Source: Epithemia pelagica (lineage: Eukaryota > Protista > Bacillariophyta). From it: a DNA stretch of 64,000 bases. The stretch lies in assembly GCA_946965045.2 (NCBI GenBank), contig OX337235.1, positions 2,480,001-2,544,000 of the forward strand, in the 5' to 3' direction. Within the stretch, counting starts at the first letter, position 1. Every line of letters starts with the position of its first letter. The notes beneath the pieces are model-generated. The model searched no databases. It saw only the letters and a program-made list of their open reading frames with translations, and was not told the origin of the DNA. This document shows, piece by piece, positions 34,856 through 47,528 of the stretch. The translations under genes and the position numbers were made by a program.

Positions 34856-35989
34856 ATGGCATCGTCGACACTGTTGATAGCCAAGATTGAATCGGCGGTG
34901 CCCCGTCACAATGCCTCCTTCCAGTGCTGCCCGGAACCCAACACAAACACCAACGACGACAACGAGCAACCAAACACAACTTTCCGTGTGGATTCTACGA
35001 GCGGTATACCCTGTCGCTGTTTCGGAACATCCAATGAAGCGAGCGGCACACAAGGTTCTTCGACTTCGTCGTCGTCATCTCGTCCGTTGACACATGTCTT
35101 GCAAGAGTACTGGAATCAGGCCATGAATGTTTTGGAAACTCTCTTGGACAACCCCTCTCTACATGGCACAACTAATCCCGATTTTGCTACAAAATCCATG
35201 GTTTGGTTCAACAAGTTGTGGACACTGCATTGTGATTGTTCTCGCCATTACCATACGGCCGTTCATTTGGAAGAAATGATTTTCTATCTGTCGCTCGTGT
35301 GGGAGGAGGAGAAAGACGACGAAGCGAATCCTATCGAAACCGCAAGCCTTGGTACAGTCCAGGAGAATCACGAGGAAGACAATGGTACCAAGCTTGGCTT
35401 TCAGAACTGCATTGTTTTGTTGGCGATTTTCTTTCACGATGCCATTTATAATGTTCATTCCTCGACTAATGAACAAGACAGTGCGTTGCTTTTTCGACAA
35501 TTTGCCCTGGATGTAGGATTGGTGAAAGACGCAAACCATAGCAAAGTGGACGTAAACAAAACCGACACCTCCGCGCCCACCACAACATTGGATCTCCAAC
35601 GAAACAAGCTAGTCTGTGGCGTGCAAGACTCTATTTTGGCAACCCAGCATCATCAATTGCCAGATCACAGTACTGATGGCGACGATATGGGTAGTAGTAT
35701 GGCCTTGCTATTGGACTTGGACCTGGCGGTCTTGGGCAAGGACTGGCCGGCCTACCGTGCCTATGCGGCCTTGATTCGATGCGAATATGCTCATGTCCCT
35801 CGCGAAACGTACTGTCAGGTGCGAGCCGGGATATTGGAACGCATGACCCAGCAACCTATGTTGTTTCATACGTTAGTGTTTCGAAAAGCCTTGCAAGAAC
35901 AGGCCATGGCTAATTTGACCCAAGAAATTGCCCTCCTTAAACAAGGAAACATTCCAGGACAGAGTACAGAAACAATGGCTTCTGGATGA
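34856..35989 (+). CDS. HD-superfamily predicted metal-dependent phosphohydrolase (COG4339-like)
   Basis: RHYHTAVHLEEM, AIFFHDAIY, NEQDSA, ILATQHH and LDLDLAVLG...YAALIRCEY motifs. Confidence 0.85.
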   Translation: MASSTLLIAKIESAVPRHNASFQCCPEPNTNTNDDNEQPNTTFRVDSTSGIPCRCFGTSNEASGTQGSSTSSSSSRPLTHVLQEYWNQAMNVLETLLDNPSLHGTTNPDFATKSMVWFNKLWTLHCDCSRHYHTAVHLEEMIFYLSLVWEEEKDDEANPIETASLGTVQENHEEDNGTKLGFQNCIVLLAIFFHDAIYNVHSSTNEQDSALLFRQFALDVGLVKDANHSKVDVNKTDTSAPTTTLDLQRNKLVCGVQDSILATQHHQLPDHSTDGDDMGSSMALLLDLDLAVLGKDWPAYRAYAALIRCEYAHVPRETYCQVRAGILERMTQQPMLFHTLVFRKALQEQAMANLTQEIALLKQGNIPGQSTETMASG

Positions 35990-36359
35990 CCTCCTAGAGG
36001 AACGCTCCATGGACTCGAAGAGAAAAGAGCAGTTGTTAGCAAGCTCTTTTGAGATAGCGCCCTCATGACAGTGCATACATCAGCTGCGGCAAACGACGCC
36101 CTGCACAATCTTGGTTTGAGTATCGAACACACTCCATCTCTACGTTTCCACGACAGAAGCAATGCGACGAATCGAGATTCTGGTTGCACAAAAGGATAAA
36201 AGAAAAGGATGAGTGGACAAATTAAGAATCACTTCGGAACCGTCCACGGCGATAGTAGACCCATTCGCATGATTGCGGTGGGAACCTTCTGTCGCTTCAA
36301 TGGTGAATAATGCTACAAATTCTAGATTTAATAAGCCCTTGCAACAAAAGTAGTCCTAC

Positions 36360-38019
36360 CTACAAGTAAGGATTCATCAGCCTCGGTTTGATATAGCTGC
36401 AGGGCAATGCTTGTGGATAGGCTTGCAATGCCAAAAAAATGGATGTGACTTGTTCGCATTCCATTTCTCGTGCTGCCCGTTGCAAGGCCTCTTGTCGACT
36501 AGCCATGGGCATGATATACCACAGAGAGACCAAACCCTTTTCTCCCGCACTGGTTTGTCTTGCACGAATGGCAATGGCCTCATGATCCACCTGCTCCGTC
36601 TCGGCCAACGAATTGACGGAGGTTCCTGTCCTATCGTCGTGTATGGGTTTCTTCTTGTAATCCTCCTTCTCCCTTGTTTGAAGTGGTGATCGACAAGTCG
36701 TCGCTCGTGGGAGTGCCAGCAAGGCCATGGGGAATAAGTGGGTTACTGGATCGCGGCAGGTGACGACAAAGGGTGCAGCGGCAAAGAGCGGGGCCACATC
36801 GTACCAGGATTTGTTCCCCGATGCCAAGGCATGATGCATGGGATACCGTCCCATGGAATCTACCGTCCAGGCAGCTGCGGGAAAGGCTCGTAGCAAGGGT
36901 TGTTGAATGCCATGCATAGCTTTGGCATGAGCATTCCGACTTGCACACCAGACATGCAGAGGATAGCTTGTTGTTATTGTTGGTTGTCGAGGATCTACAG
37001 GAAACGAGTGGGAAGGCGATGCGATGGAAATGGTTTCTTGTGCTTGTTCTGGAAATAAGGCAAAAGCCAATTGAGCAAAAGACTCCGGGCATCCTCCTGT
37101 TTGGGCCAAGAACAAGATGACACGAGGAAAAGGGTAATGGTGGTTGCCCTTCAAAGAAGAAGAGGATAATGATAATGCATAGACGCGTCCTGTTTCGGCC
37201 ACTTGACACAAGAGCTGCAAATTGCGACAAAAGCCTACACAGTATGTGACGGCCAAGTCATCCGATAGAGTCACCGAGTCGTTCTCATCATGATTTATGC
37301 TTTGCTGGTCCTCCCCTCTTCGTCGTATCGCGGTGGCCGAGGGCAGGTCGTACCAATGGGTCTCTCTTCGGAGTCTCGTCGTAGCGAAAGAAGAAGACGC
37401 CATTTCTTCTTAGTCGTCCTTTGTTTCTGGTTCTTGCTGTTCTAAGATGGTGCGTGTCTGATGCAATAGAGTTGGGTTCTCGCACACGGTTTGCATGGCT
37501 TGCAACAATCGTTGCGATCCACGTTTAACCTGTTTGGATTGCCAGGGCAAGGGGGCCAAAAAGCTTCGAAAGAAAATGTCGACGACCGTTTCTCCCAAAT
37601 CATTACGAACGGTTTGAAATCGTTCCGGATAGCCACCCTTTCCATCATCAGCCTTTGATTGGTTGTGGTTGCTGACCACCGACGGCTCGTTCCAAGATCC
37701 ATCGCCACCATTCCATGGGCAAAAAGTGACTGGCCGCATAGTGCAAGGCGGTCCATCCCGACGAATTGGCTTCCCATAAAACATCGGCCGCCCTCGAGGT
37801 CCGCGTAGCGTCGTCGTCGTTGTCGTCGGTGCCGTCCTCTCCACACGCAACCAACTCGGGCAGCCAGGCATAGTCACCATCGCGAATGGCTTTGTGGACT
37901 TGAGAGGCCAACTGAACACGCGACACGCGATAATCGTCGCATACGGACCGATACTGGGGCGAAGCAAATGCTGGAGTCATGGCTCTTGAAAAGGACGAGG
38001 AAGAAGACGTCCTGCTCAT
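36360..38019 (-). pseudogene. ankyrin-like repeat gene with a frameshift and an in-frame stop
   Basis: GWTALHYAA and GRYPMHHAL motifs. A frame switch is needed near 37665. In-frame TAA at 37412-37410 (KDD*EEMASS). Confidence 0.65.
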
Positions 38020-38064
38020 TGTATCATCATCAGCAACCCATCACCAGAACAGAGAACAAGAAAA

Positions 38065-38325
38065 GGGAATAGTCTATTCTTCCAGCTGCCGCGCCTACCC
38101 GCTAGGGTACGGTCGACCGACTGCCGACTGCCCTGGCGCCATTACTCTCGGAATCATGGAGCGGGGGGACAGCCCACTTGTGACAAGGGGCCACATAGAC
38201 GAACCGCTTTTCGGGCCCCACATCTAGAGCCCTCCCAACCACCTAATCACAGCGGACTCGAACCCTGGACACCCTAGAACCGAGACCATCATGAGCAAAG
38301 GCCCGTACCACTCGACCAAGGCGGC
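38065..38325 (-). mobile_element. second tRNA-headed SINE-like element or Pol III ncRNA
   Basis: A-box TGGTCGAGTGG (38318-38308) and B-box GGTTCGAGTCC (38264-38254), but no acceptor-stem pairing. Ends in a GAATAG-A-CTATTC hairpin followed by TTTT. Possible TSD AAGAAAA at 38058-38064 and 38326-38332. Confidence 0.6.
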
Positions 38326-38566
38326 AAGAAAACAGAAAAAGTGAGAGACGACACCGCCCCTCAAACTACCCCCGGGAGCTGGGGTAATCCTGAGCAGCTC
38401 GCTGTCATGCCAGGCAAAGTCTGACTACAAAGCGGAACACGACCAGAACGCTTAATCGATGTACTATAGCATAAACTATGAACATGGACAAATAGAGAAC
38501 TAATAGAAAGATTTAGGCCCACCACCACCCGGTTTTTGCAACCGCCCCAAATCATACTACATTTAT

Positions 38567-39626
38567 TTACAGACGCACCATCTTGTCTTTCATGCCGCCT
38601 TCAAACTTGGCGTCCGGCTCATGTAGGGAAATCAACAACGCTCTGAATCCGTTTCTTGTGTCGTAGTCGAACCTGCTTTGGACCATGAAAGGAAGAGTCA
38701 GAGAAAACTTTGACCTGACAAAGTCTGTTTCTCTTTTTTGCATCTGGTTCATGGCGTCTTCCAAAGCAAGTTTCATTCGTAGGTTTTTGTCCTCGACATG
38801 CCACTCTCTGTGCATGTGTTGGGTTAGATACTGGATATGAGTTGCGTTGTCAGGCCAAATTACCTTCACATGTACCTGTAGCTGGCTTGGATCCACTTCA
38901 ATCAAGCAATTTGTTGTGTCTTCATGTGCAATACCTGTAGGCAACACCACCAAAATCACCAAATGACGCTGTTTCTTGTCGTCGACCCACTGTGTCAAGA
39001 CATGAGGAGGCTCCCAATTCCTCATCATGTCATAACCACTGTCTTCTTCATTTGTCTTTTTCCTCTTTTGTTGTAGTTGTACCTGTAGCGTCTCCTGTAA
39101 TGGCATGGATCCTGCCGCCCTTTTCTTCACCATAGCATCATCACTGACAACAGACTCAGGAGCGACCTTGGCAGCAACACCTGGTCATAAAAGACAATAA
39201 ACCACCACAGGTAAGGACAGTGACTCAACAATCAAACAAACGGTGTACACTGGCACTTACCTTGTCCTTTGGACGACCCAAACAAAGAAGGAGCTGGTTT
39301 GAGATCTCCATCATTGGGGTTCCTTACCTTTCCACCCATAGATGGGGCCGTCTCACCACCACCCAACAACTCATGACCAGTCTCTCTCTCATGTTGATCC
39401 TTCAAGTGGACTTGATATTTTTTTTGGCTTTGTTGAGGGCCGACCTGAATGATTCCAATTTGTACTTTTGGAAAACAGCATGTTCCAACCACACAGATTT
39501 GGGTGTGGCGCTCTCCAGGATCAAGCCTTCTGACACGATTTTGTCAAGGAATTCGGCATCTTTCGACTTTGAATCCCACAAAAGCAGGGCACCCTCGCCC
39601 AAAGTGTTGCGGCCAGACCTGGTCAT
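38567..39626 (-). pseudogene. Harbinger-like accessory gene (2 exons, homopolymer frameshift)
   Basis: WDSKSKDAEFL...TPKSVW...FQKYKLESFRSALN N-domain. An A8 run at ~39418-39425 breaks the frame. A GT-AG intron at 39260-39181 rejoins in frame to ORF 38567-39133. Confidence 0.7.
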
Positions 39627-39819
39627 CGGAGTATAGGTACTATTAGTACCTAAAACTGTAGCGCGTGGGAGTGCAAAACCAGATTGGTCTGTTCGCACGA
39701 AAACTAATTATGACCCTAAAAACAGTTTGCCAAAATCCAAACTGGGTCGGTTTTCATCATGGACTCCATTTTTCAATCGAGGAGGCCATGCCCAATTTGG
39801 CTCCAATTCTGAAAGTAGT

Positions 39820-40042
39820 GCGACCCACGTATTGCCCTTGCCTTGGGTCAACCGTGGGTCGGTCGTCCAAATGAATTGGGCACTTATAAGGTGTCCTGGG
39901 TCGGTTTTAAAAAAACGAGCTGGGTCGTTTTTTTCGAGCCAGGTCGTTTTTTCAAAACCGACCCAGGACACTTTCTAGTGGTTCAAATGATATAATCAAG
40001 CGACCCACAGTTTACCCAAGATAAGGGCAATATGTGGGTCGC
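39820..40042. repeat. ~220-bp foldback palindrome rich in GGGTCG/CGACCC
   Basis: ~45-bp imperfect outer inverted arms plus a perfect inner 18-bp inverted repeat GTGTCCTGGGTCGGTTTT / AAAACCGACCCAGGACAC. Confidence 0.85.
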
Positions 40043-40382
40043 TTAAGATGTAGAAAGGAATAGGATGTTGGCGAGGTAGGGCCATTCAGAAATTCCAGTT
40101 TTTGAATGAAAACGATTTTTGAATCGATTTCTGCACCGTTCCAGGCCGGTTCCAATGACCGGACACGAATTCGAATGAGTCACTATATGTAGAACAGTAC
40201 TAAGTTTAGTCTCACTGCTCAACTGACCAGCCAATCAAATGAACGTGATGAAATTTCAAAAAACCTGTTCCAATGAACTGACAGTACTACACAGAGACAG
40301 ACCGAGATCAGAGTGAAGGTGTGGTCTGCATTGCGACACAGACTGAGCAAACATAAATTTTCCAAAGCGATTTTCTCCCACC

Positions 40383-41321
40383 ATGTTGGTGACACAACGA
40401 ACATTCATCAACTTGGCTCTGCCAATGCTTGGTTGAGCAAGACACTCACACTCACTTGATTTCTCACGTGCTTTTTGCTCTTACTTTGGAATGTCTCCTT
40501 TGCTCTGTGTTCATGTGTGGGATGAACTGGACAGTTCATTGCCCAAAGGTGCATTGCCTTGTCATTTGTTGTGGACACTGGCTTTTCTGAAAGTCTATGC
40601 TACAGAGGATGTTATGGTCTCAATAGCCAAAACAACGAGGAAGACCTTCAGGAAGTGGGTCAAAGTGTTTGTAGATTTGTTGTATAGTGGTCTTCATTAT
40701 GTAAGTACATGGCCCTACATGAATTTGCCATGAAGTCGTCCTCCTCATATCTGACCATTGCTGTTGTTCTTATAACAGATTGTATGGGACAATAGGTTTG
40801 ATTGTTGTGTACCTGGACAGGTCTGTTTCATTAGTTTGGATGGTACTGACTTCAGGATTTTGGAGCCGTCACCTTTTGATCCAAAATGGTACTGGCACAA
40901 GTTTAAGGGAGCAGGTGTGAGGTATGAGGTGGGAATCTGCCTGAAAACTGGCTGGATAGTGTGGTGGAATGGTGCATTCCCTTGTGGCGCTTGGCCAGAC
41001 CTACGGATTGCCAGAGACTGGCTTGTTCAAGAGCTACTACCGAATGAGAAAGTGATTGCTGATGGTGGTTACAACGATTCTGGATGCTACTTTGTCACAC
41101 CTACTGGAAGAAATGACTATCAAGACAAGATGATGGCAGATGCCAGGGCGAGACATGAAACTGTCAACAATTTACTGAAACATTACAATATCTTAAAGGA
41201 GAAATACAGAGGAGATCTGGATGGGCATCACAAGGTGTTTGGAGCAGTGGTGAATCTGGTTCAGATGAAGATTGAAAATGGTGAGGCGAAAGTGTTTCAG
41301 ATCGAAGTGGAAGATGACTAG
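40383..41321 (+). pseudogene. DDE_Tnp_4-type (PIF/Harbinger) transposase, 2 exons, premature stop
   Basis: LDGTDF, ADGGY and RARHETVN catalytic triad. Intron ~40702-40779 (GTAAGT...ACAG). TGA at codon 18 (40434-40436). Confidence 0.88.
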
Positions 41322-42124
41322 CAGTACAAATATTTAGCGGTTATGAACCGGGTGGTGGTGGGTTTTAATAGTACTAGCAGTCAGTATATCATCTTTTGTC
41401 GCTAGAGTGTTCTTTATTCAGAAAAAGCGTTCGGTAACTCCTATAGGTCACAGTCAGTATCTGACTGGTAAGGTAGCGACCTGCTCAGGATTACCCCATC
41501 TCCCCGTAAAAGGGTATCTCCGCTGGAGTGGTGGGGGTGGTGTCTGTCACGTTTCAGTCCAGTCCCTGTCCCGCTTGAGATGGGGGGAAGGGAAAATTGA
41601 AAATTCGGACGAGAACCGAGAACCGAAGATGATGAACGATGACACATGACCCATAGAACATGGAACGCGAACACTGACTGGATACTGGATACAGAGGGGC
41701 AGTATCCGAATTCCGAATTCTGGTGTCAACTGTCAACGACTGTCAAGTGTCAAGAGTTATCAGTTCTACGAGTGTTCGAACTGTCACGGACGAAGAGACA
41801 AAGAAAAAAAAGAGAGAAAGTCGCGCGAGATGCAAATCGGAACCAACCACCGCGGTAGCAAAATGCGAAGCGACCACAACCAGAAGCCAAGATCGGACAA
41901 ACCTCAAACGCACTCACACTGGTCTCCCACACCCACATACGGATACCATCAATTGTTCTTTATTATTTCATCAACATCTCTCCTACGAAACCATAAAATT
42001 TTCTGACAGACACCTACTGCCTTGAAAGTAATTGACACCCATCACAACTCTCTCGTCCGTACAGCAACAAATTCTTTTGTGACCATTTTGCACGCCATTT
42101 CCAAGACATATCATCATCGTCCTC

Positions 42125-43610
42125 ATGTCTGCCGCCGCCGCCGCCATGTCGTCTATGACCACAACCCTGAGTCGGATGGAACGACTCTTGGTCTCTCCTC
42201 GTACCGTGGCCAGTACCTTGAACTGGCAAATGAATCTCCTGCGTCCTATCCTGTCTCTTCATTTTGGCCAATCCTGCATTGATTTGGCCCTACTGGCCCA
42301 TCCGGCTGCCAGGCATCCGACGGCTACCAAGACGACGCGAAAACACAAAAAGAGTCAAAAGTTTTCCAAACAGTCCTTGATTCATACTCTGCCCTCGATT
42401 CCACTGGGACGACACCATGAGACAATCTCTTCCCTTCGATTGCCCCCTCACGTCTTGGAACAACTGTCCAACGTGGTGAATGACCACAAAGTCTGTGGAT
42501 TGGTGGTAAGTTGGCCCGGTTCTAAAAGTCAAGAACCAACCACACATCAAGAACACGAAGACGGAGGATTGGGAGCTTCATGCGACCGTGTGCTACAAGC
42601 TTTGGACCAAATGGTACAAGAAACCAATATTGTCACCAACCATCGACCCATTTGTTTGTGGGATGGTCGCTTTCATCATCACTCCTTGCCTCATTACAGC
42701 GATAACAAAGACAATCAAGAAGAACACGGAGCACAACCCACCCAAGCACCAGCATCAGAGGATGGTTTGCAGGCGGCAGCAGTTGCGGCCGATTATCTAC
42801 GAACGCACTGGCCCGATCTAACGCTCAAAATGAAACACAATGATGGACCAGCGCAAGACGAAACTCTCAACGATTCCCACAACAAGACCACATTATTACT
42901 GTCATCGCCTTCCGTAAGCCCACGGACTGAATCGCACCATGGTGACAAAAAGGAAAAGAGCTCGAACGAACCACCAGTGGATCCGGTCAATCGTCCCTCT
43001 TTCCAAACTAGCGGTGGTGAGATTGACGAACTCGAAGAATCTCTCTGGACTCAAGAGTCCCTTCCGGAACCTTCTCTTTGGCCACCGTCGATCGCATCCA
43101 CTAGTGTGGTTGGTAACGAACTTGACGAACCCGAGACTCTTTTATGGGAAGCAACGTCCTAAGGTACCATGACCGGGCCACGCAAGATGAGGCCGAACAA
43201 CAACAAAAACTGTCGGATGACAGTCTGGAAGAAGCAACTTCCTTTCACGACAAGTTTGCAGAGGCTCACTTTTTGGAATCGTCGACCTTGGAATTTGAAG
43301 AGTGGATACGGCAGGTGATATTGACGAAGCAATGTTGTTGAAATGGGATTTGACACCCACACCACAGGAGGATGACGAAATGTCGTCCATTCCTCCGCCG
43401 CCCACGACAAACGTCAGTGGGGGTGAAATTAATGATTCTTCCGAAGAGGCCCTGTGGACACAACCCTTTGTACAAGACGCTGAGAATTCTCGCAATGCCG
43501 TTCTTGAGAATGGAAGTGGCAACAGCTCTGACCACCGTGCTAACAATGATGGAGGAGAAATTGATTCTGGAGACGAAGAAGCCTTGTGGACAACACCTAC
43601 CGCAGAATAA
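42125..43610 (+). CDS. YqgF/RuvX-like domain protein with acidic repeat tail; two apparent frameshifts
   Basis: ILSLHFGQSCIDLA, VCGLVVSWP and RPICLWD resemble a degenerate YqgF fold. A GGEID..E.LW-like repeat recurs across ORFs 42125-43162 and 43302-43610. Confidence 0.5.
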
Positions 43611-44124
43611 CCGAAATCGAATCGTTGTAAGAACTTCCGCTAATTTCGAGTAACATCATTTCCCTTGCACCGTGATGACCCGGTTCATGGGGAAAGTGTC
43701 ACTTATGAATAGCCTTACATGTGGTTTCCACATCAGCTCTTGTAGAGTCTTTTACACAATGTTCACGACAAATTTCCGCCTTTCGCACAGCTTGGCACAA
43801 GTTCAAGAAAAGAAAAGGTTTTTGCTGGTACCAAGCTTCCTCCTTTATGTCAACGAAGAAATCCGGGAACCTACTGGCCAGAAGCCACAAGGGTCTACGA
43901 GAAACCTCTTGTGAAGCGCTTCAAGTCTACTTTCTCTACTACCATGGTGTTTTACCTACCTGTCACAGCCCTGGTACTACATCGGTACTGGAATCATGTG
44001 GATAGTTTGCCCCGCTGCAACTTTATCTGATCTTATGAAGAGCTTCTTGGACTGAGAGACACATTAATTTCAAGGAGAAACAGAGAATAAGGTTTGCCAC
44101 CTCATCGGAGGGGGATCGTTGGAA

Positions 44125-44703
44125 TCACGAAACAGGGCTTTCATCTCCCTCAGCTATCTTGCGTTTGTGCGCAGCGATCTCCGCCTCCACACGTTGGATC
44201 GCTTTTTGAATCGCCGATACTTTTTCTTCATTCGCCTTCTCCATTAGGGCGAGTACCTTCTCAACAAGTAGATCCGACTTCTTGCCACGCAAATCTATCA
44301 TCTCCATGATAATTTTCCTCTCTTTTTGGGCTGTCTTCATGATATTTTCCCTCTCTTTTCGGCCCAATTCCCTTTCCTTTTTGGCTTCGTCGAAGCGACT
44401 GGATACGTAAGCAGACGAGACGGGAAATGGTATGAAGGGTACAGAAGCAAATAACGTATTTCCGGAATTCAAGAAGAAGGAGCAAATGGATGTAACCCAA
44501 GGACTGCACTGAGTTTCTTCTCGATCGACTGATGTGTCCCTATTCTTGCCAGCATCAGCACACAAAAGTGAAGGTTGTTCATCTTTCACTTTCTCATCTT
44601 CAGTCGATATTGGGATGAGCGGGACTGATTGATTTTGGGACGAAGTTGGGCAGGTATGATGGAAATTCATCGTTGTGATGATAAGTGCTGGTTTTTGTGA
44701 CAA
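44125..44703 (-). CDS. coiled-coil family paralog 1
   Basis: Shares the RFDEAKKERE...ANEEKV C-terminus with 45160-46251 and 46968-47528. Confidence 0.6.
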   Translation of the reverse strand: MSQKPALIITTMNFHHTCPTSSQNQSVPLIPISTEDEKVKDEQPSLLCADAGKNRDTSVDREETQCSPWVTSICSFFLNSGNTLFASVPFIPFPVSSAYVSSRFDEAKKERELGRKERENIMKTAQKERKIIMEMIDLRGKKSDLLVEKVLALMEKANEEKVSAIQKAIQRVEAEIAAHKRKIAEGDESPVS

Positions 44704-45159
44704 GTGACGCAGTTCGATTTCAGGTTTTGCGGGGCAGGGTTTTCCTGAGTTTTGTTTTCATGTGAGACAAAAGAGCGATCGACGAGAAAATCCACCGCCA
44801 TGGAGCACAGAAAGCAACGGTTTCCATTGATTTCGCGCAACGAAGATATCATAGCATGGTACGTCCGTACTGCAATCATGTGGCTATTATGTCCCACTGC
44901 TACTTGAAGTAACAAAACGAAGATTGGCAATGAAAAGCTGTGTTCTGCTTATTGCTTGTGAGATTCTATATGAAACTTTGTGTGATATCATCAAGAGCGT
45001 CTTGGACTGAGCGACACATGAATTCCAAGTGGAAACAGAGAAAAAGGTGCACCGCCTCGTCGGAGGGGAATCGTTGAAGAGCTTCATGGACCGAGAGACT
45101 CATGAATTTCAAGTTCAGAGAAGAAGGTGCACTGGCTCGTCGGAGATGGATCGTTGGCA

Positions 45160-46251
45160 TCACACAACGTCGCTTTCATCTCTCTTGGCTATCTTTTGTG
45201 CGTTCGAAGCAATCTCCTCCTCAACATGCTGGATCTCTTGTTGAATCTTCGCTACTTTTTCTTCATTCGCCTTACCCATTCGGGCAATTACCTTCTCTAA
45301 AAGTAGATCCGACTTCTTGCCACGCAAGTCTATCATTTCCATGATAATTTTCCTCTCTTTTTGGGCGGTCTTCATGATATTTTCCCTCTCTTTTCGGCCC
45401 AATTCCCTTTCCTTTCTGGCTTCGTCGAAGCGACCGGATACGTGCACAGACGAGACGGCGAATGAAATGTAGGGTGAGAGAGCAAGAACAGTCGTCCCGA
45501 AATTCAAGACGAAGGAAGAAATGGATACAAACCAAGAACTCTCGGTCATCGCCTTGTAATTTGCACTGATTACCGCTAACACGGCAAATGCATGGCCATA
45601 AGTGTTTGCAAAGATGCTTTTTCCGAGCTTATTGCAACAGCTCGAGACTTGTCCCAGCACCATTCGGAAGAAGTTTAACAAAGGACTTTTGCACCCGACG
45701 AAGACCGAGATCAAACTGACTGAAAGCCAAAAAGAGAGTGCCACCATAATCATCTCGTGGGACCGCAGGTATACTTTCACCAATGTATACGTAGCCGCTA
45801 TCCACATGAATCCCGTCCCCACGTAGCGCTGCCACTTGGGAAGTTTGGTAAGACACCATTGCGATGCCATTACGAAAACAAGAATCAAGAGTACAGTGCC
45901 AATACCCATGGCCCAGCCTTGATAATCCTCGACCACCAACATAATGGTACCAATCATGGCTATCATTGACATCAATGCCATGACACGGTACTCGCTCTGC
46001 TCCAAACTGAGCCGCTGAGTTTCTGGAAAAAGCGATATCTCCCTATTCGTGCCAGGATCAAAACTCAAAAGTGAGGATCCCTCATCCTCGACATTCTCAC
46101 TTCCCACTGTGATTGCCATCAGATTGCCATCAGCGGGACTGGCTGAGTTGGCGACGATCGTGGGCAGGAATAATAATGATGACCGTAACTCATTGTCTTT
46201 GTGGCAAGGAAGAAATGGCTTTTGTGATGTGCGACAAAAACCCAGCAACAC
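45160..46251 (-). CDS. coiled-coil family paralog 2, multi-pass membrane N-part
   Basis: 363-codon ORF with several hydrophobic segments followed by the shared coiled-coil. Confidence 0.65.
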   Translation of the reverse strand: MLLGFCRTSQKPFLPCHKDNELRSSLLFLPTIVANSASPADGNLMAITVGSENVEDEGSSLLSFDPGTNREISLFPETQRLSLEQSEYRVMALMSMIAMIGTIMLVVEDYQGWAMGIGTVLLILVFVMASQWCLTKLPKWQRYVGTGFMWIAATYTLVKVYLRSHEMIMVALSFWLSVSLISVFVGCKSPLLNFFRMVLGQVSSCCNKLGKSIFANTYGHAFAVLAVISANYKAMTESSWFVSISSFVLNFGTTVLALSPYISFAVSSVHVSGRFDEARKERELGRKERENIMKTAQKERKIIMEMIDLRGKKSDLLLEKVIARMGKANEEKVAKIQQEIQHVEEEIASNAQKIAKRDESDVV

Positions 46252-46967
46252 CGATCCAGAATTCGATTTCAGGTTTTGCCGTGCAGGCTTTTGGGAATTC
46301 GTAGTAGGGGCGACCGACGGGAAAAAACCGTTAATGCTCTATTCTCTTCCTACGGATAGTCCATGGCTATTCTCATGTAGGAGTAGTTGAAAGTACATCC
46401 TGTAACCTTCTGATGTATGCCGCAAAAGGGGTCGGGTCATGATAACATTACAGGTCTACGACAACTTTTTGTCATCCCTGGTGAGTTCATCAATCACAGC
46501 CATCTCATTTGACACTAGCCCCCAACCATCATTTCCTTGGACTTGAGGTCCAGCCATTCCAGAATGCCACCTTTCATAGCCTTTCACCAGGAGGAACACA
46601 AGGTAGCCTTTAGCCTTGGTATGATTATCCAAGCGAACCAATGCTGCAAGGCCAAAGCAGCACAAACCTCTTGTAGAAGTGCAACAACTATAGTCTCTCC
46701 TTTCCAATGGTGTCCCAACTACCTGTCACTGCCGTAGTACTAGGAGTATGTCGGTACTGCAATCGTGTGGATAGTATGCCCCACTGCCCCTGGAAGAAAC
46801 ACAATGGAGATTAGCAATGAAAAAACTGTGTTCTGCATATCGCTCGTGAGTTTCCGTACGAAACTTAATGTGATCTCATGAAGAGCTTCTTTGACTGAGA
46901 GACACATGAATTTAAAGTAGAATCAGAGAACAAGGTGCACCGCCTCGGCGGAGGGGGATCGTTGGCA

Positions 46968-47528
46968 TCACGAAATGTGGCTTTCATCTCCCTCAGCTAT
47001 GTTGCGTTCGTACGAAGCGATCTCCTCCTCCACACGTTGGATCTCTATTTGAAGCGCCGCTACTTTTTCTTCATTCGCCTTCTCCTTTAGTGCGAGTACG
47101 TTCTGTAAAATCAGACCTGACTTCCTGCAACGCAAATCTGTTATCTTCAAGGTCTTCATGATATTTTCCCTCTCTTTTTTGGCTTCATCGAAGCGATTGG
47201 ATACGTGAACAGACGAGATGGGAAATGAAATGAAGGGTGCAGAAGTAAGTAGAGCATTCCCAGAATTGAAGGAGAAGGAAAAAACGGATGCAACCCAAGA
47301 ACTACACTGAGTTTCTTCTCGATCAAGGGATGTTTTCCTTTTCTTGCCATCATCAAAACACAAAAGTGAAGGTTGTTCATCTTCCACCTTCTCATCTTCG
47401 GCCGTTATTGTCGTGAGCGGGACTGATTGATTTGGGGACGAACTTGGACAGGTATGATGAGAATTCATCGTTGTGATGGTAGCGAGGAAGTGCTTTTTAT
47501 GACAGGCGACGAAGACAACAGCAACCAC
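46968..47528 (-). CDS. coiled-coil family paralog 3
   Basis: Close to paralog 1 (MNSHHTCP vs MNFHHTCP; EDEKV.DEQPSLLC). Confidence 0.6.
   Translation of the reverse strand: MVAVVFVACHKKHFLATITTMNSHHTCPSSSPNQSVPLTTITAEDEKVEDEQPSLLCFDDGKKRKTSLDREETQCSSWVASVFSFSFNSGNALLTSAPFISFPISSVHVSNRFDEAKKERENIMKTLKITDLRCRKSGLILQNVLALKEKANEEKVAALQIEIQRVEEEIASYERNIAEGDESHIS

Larger units (their letters stand above)
38341..41550. mobile_element. degenerate PIF/Harbinger-like DNA transposon (divergent transposase and accessory gene)
   Basis: Imperfect long inverted ends include exact TGGGGTAATCCTGAGCAG (~38380 and ~41481) and CCCACCACCACCCGGTT (38518 and 41347). Encodes a DDE transposase. Exact ends and TSD are unresolved. 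Confidence 0.8.
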
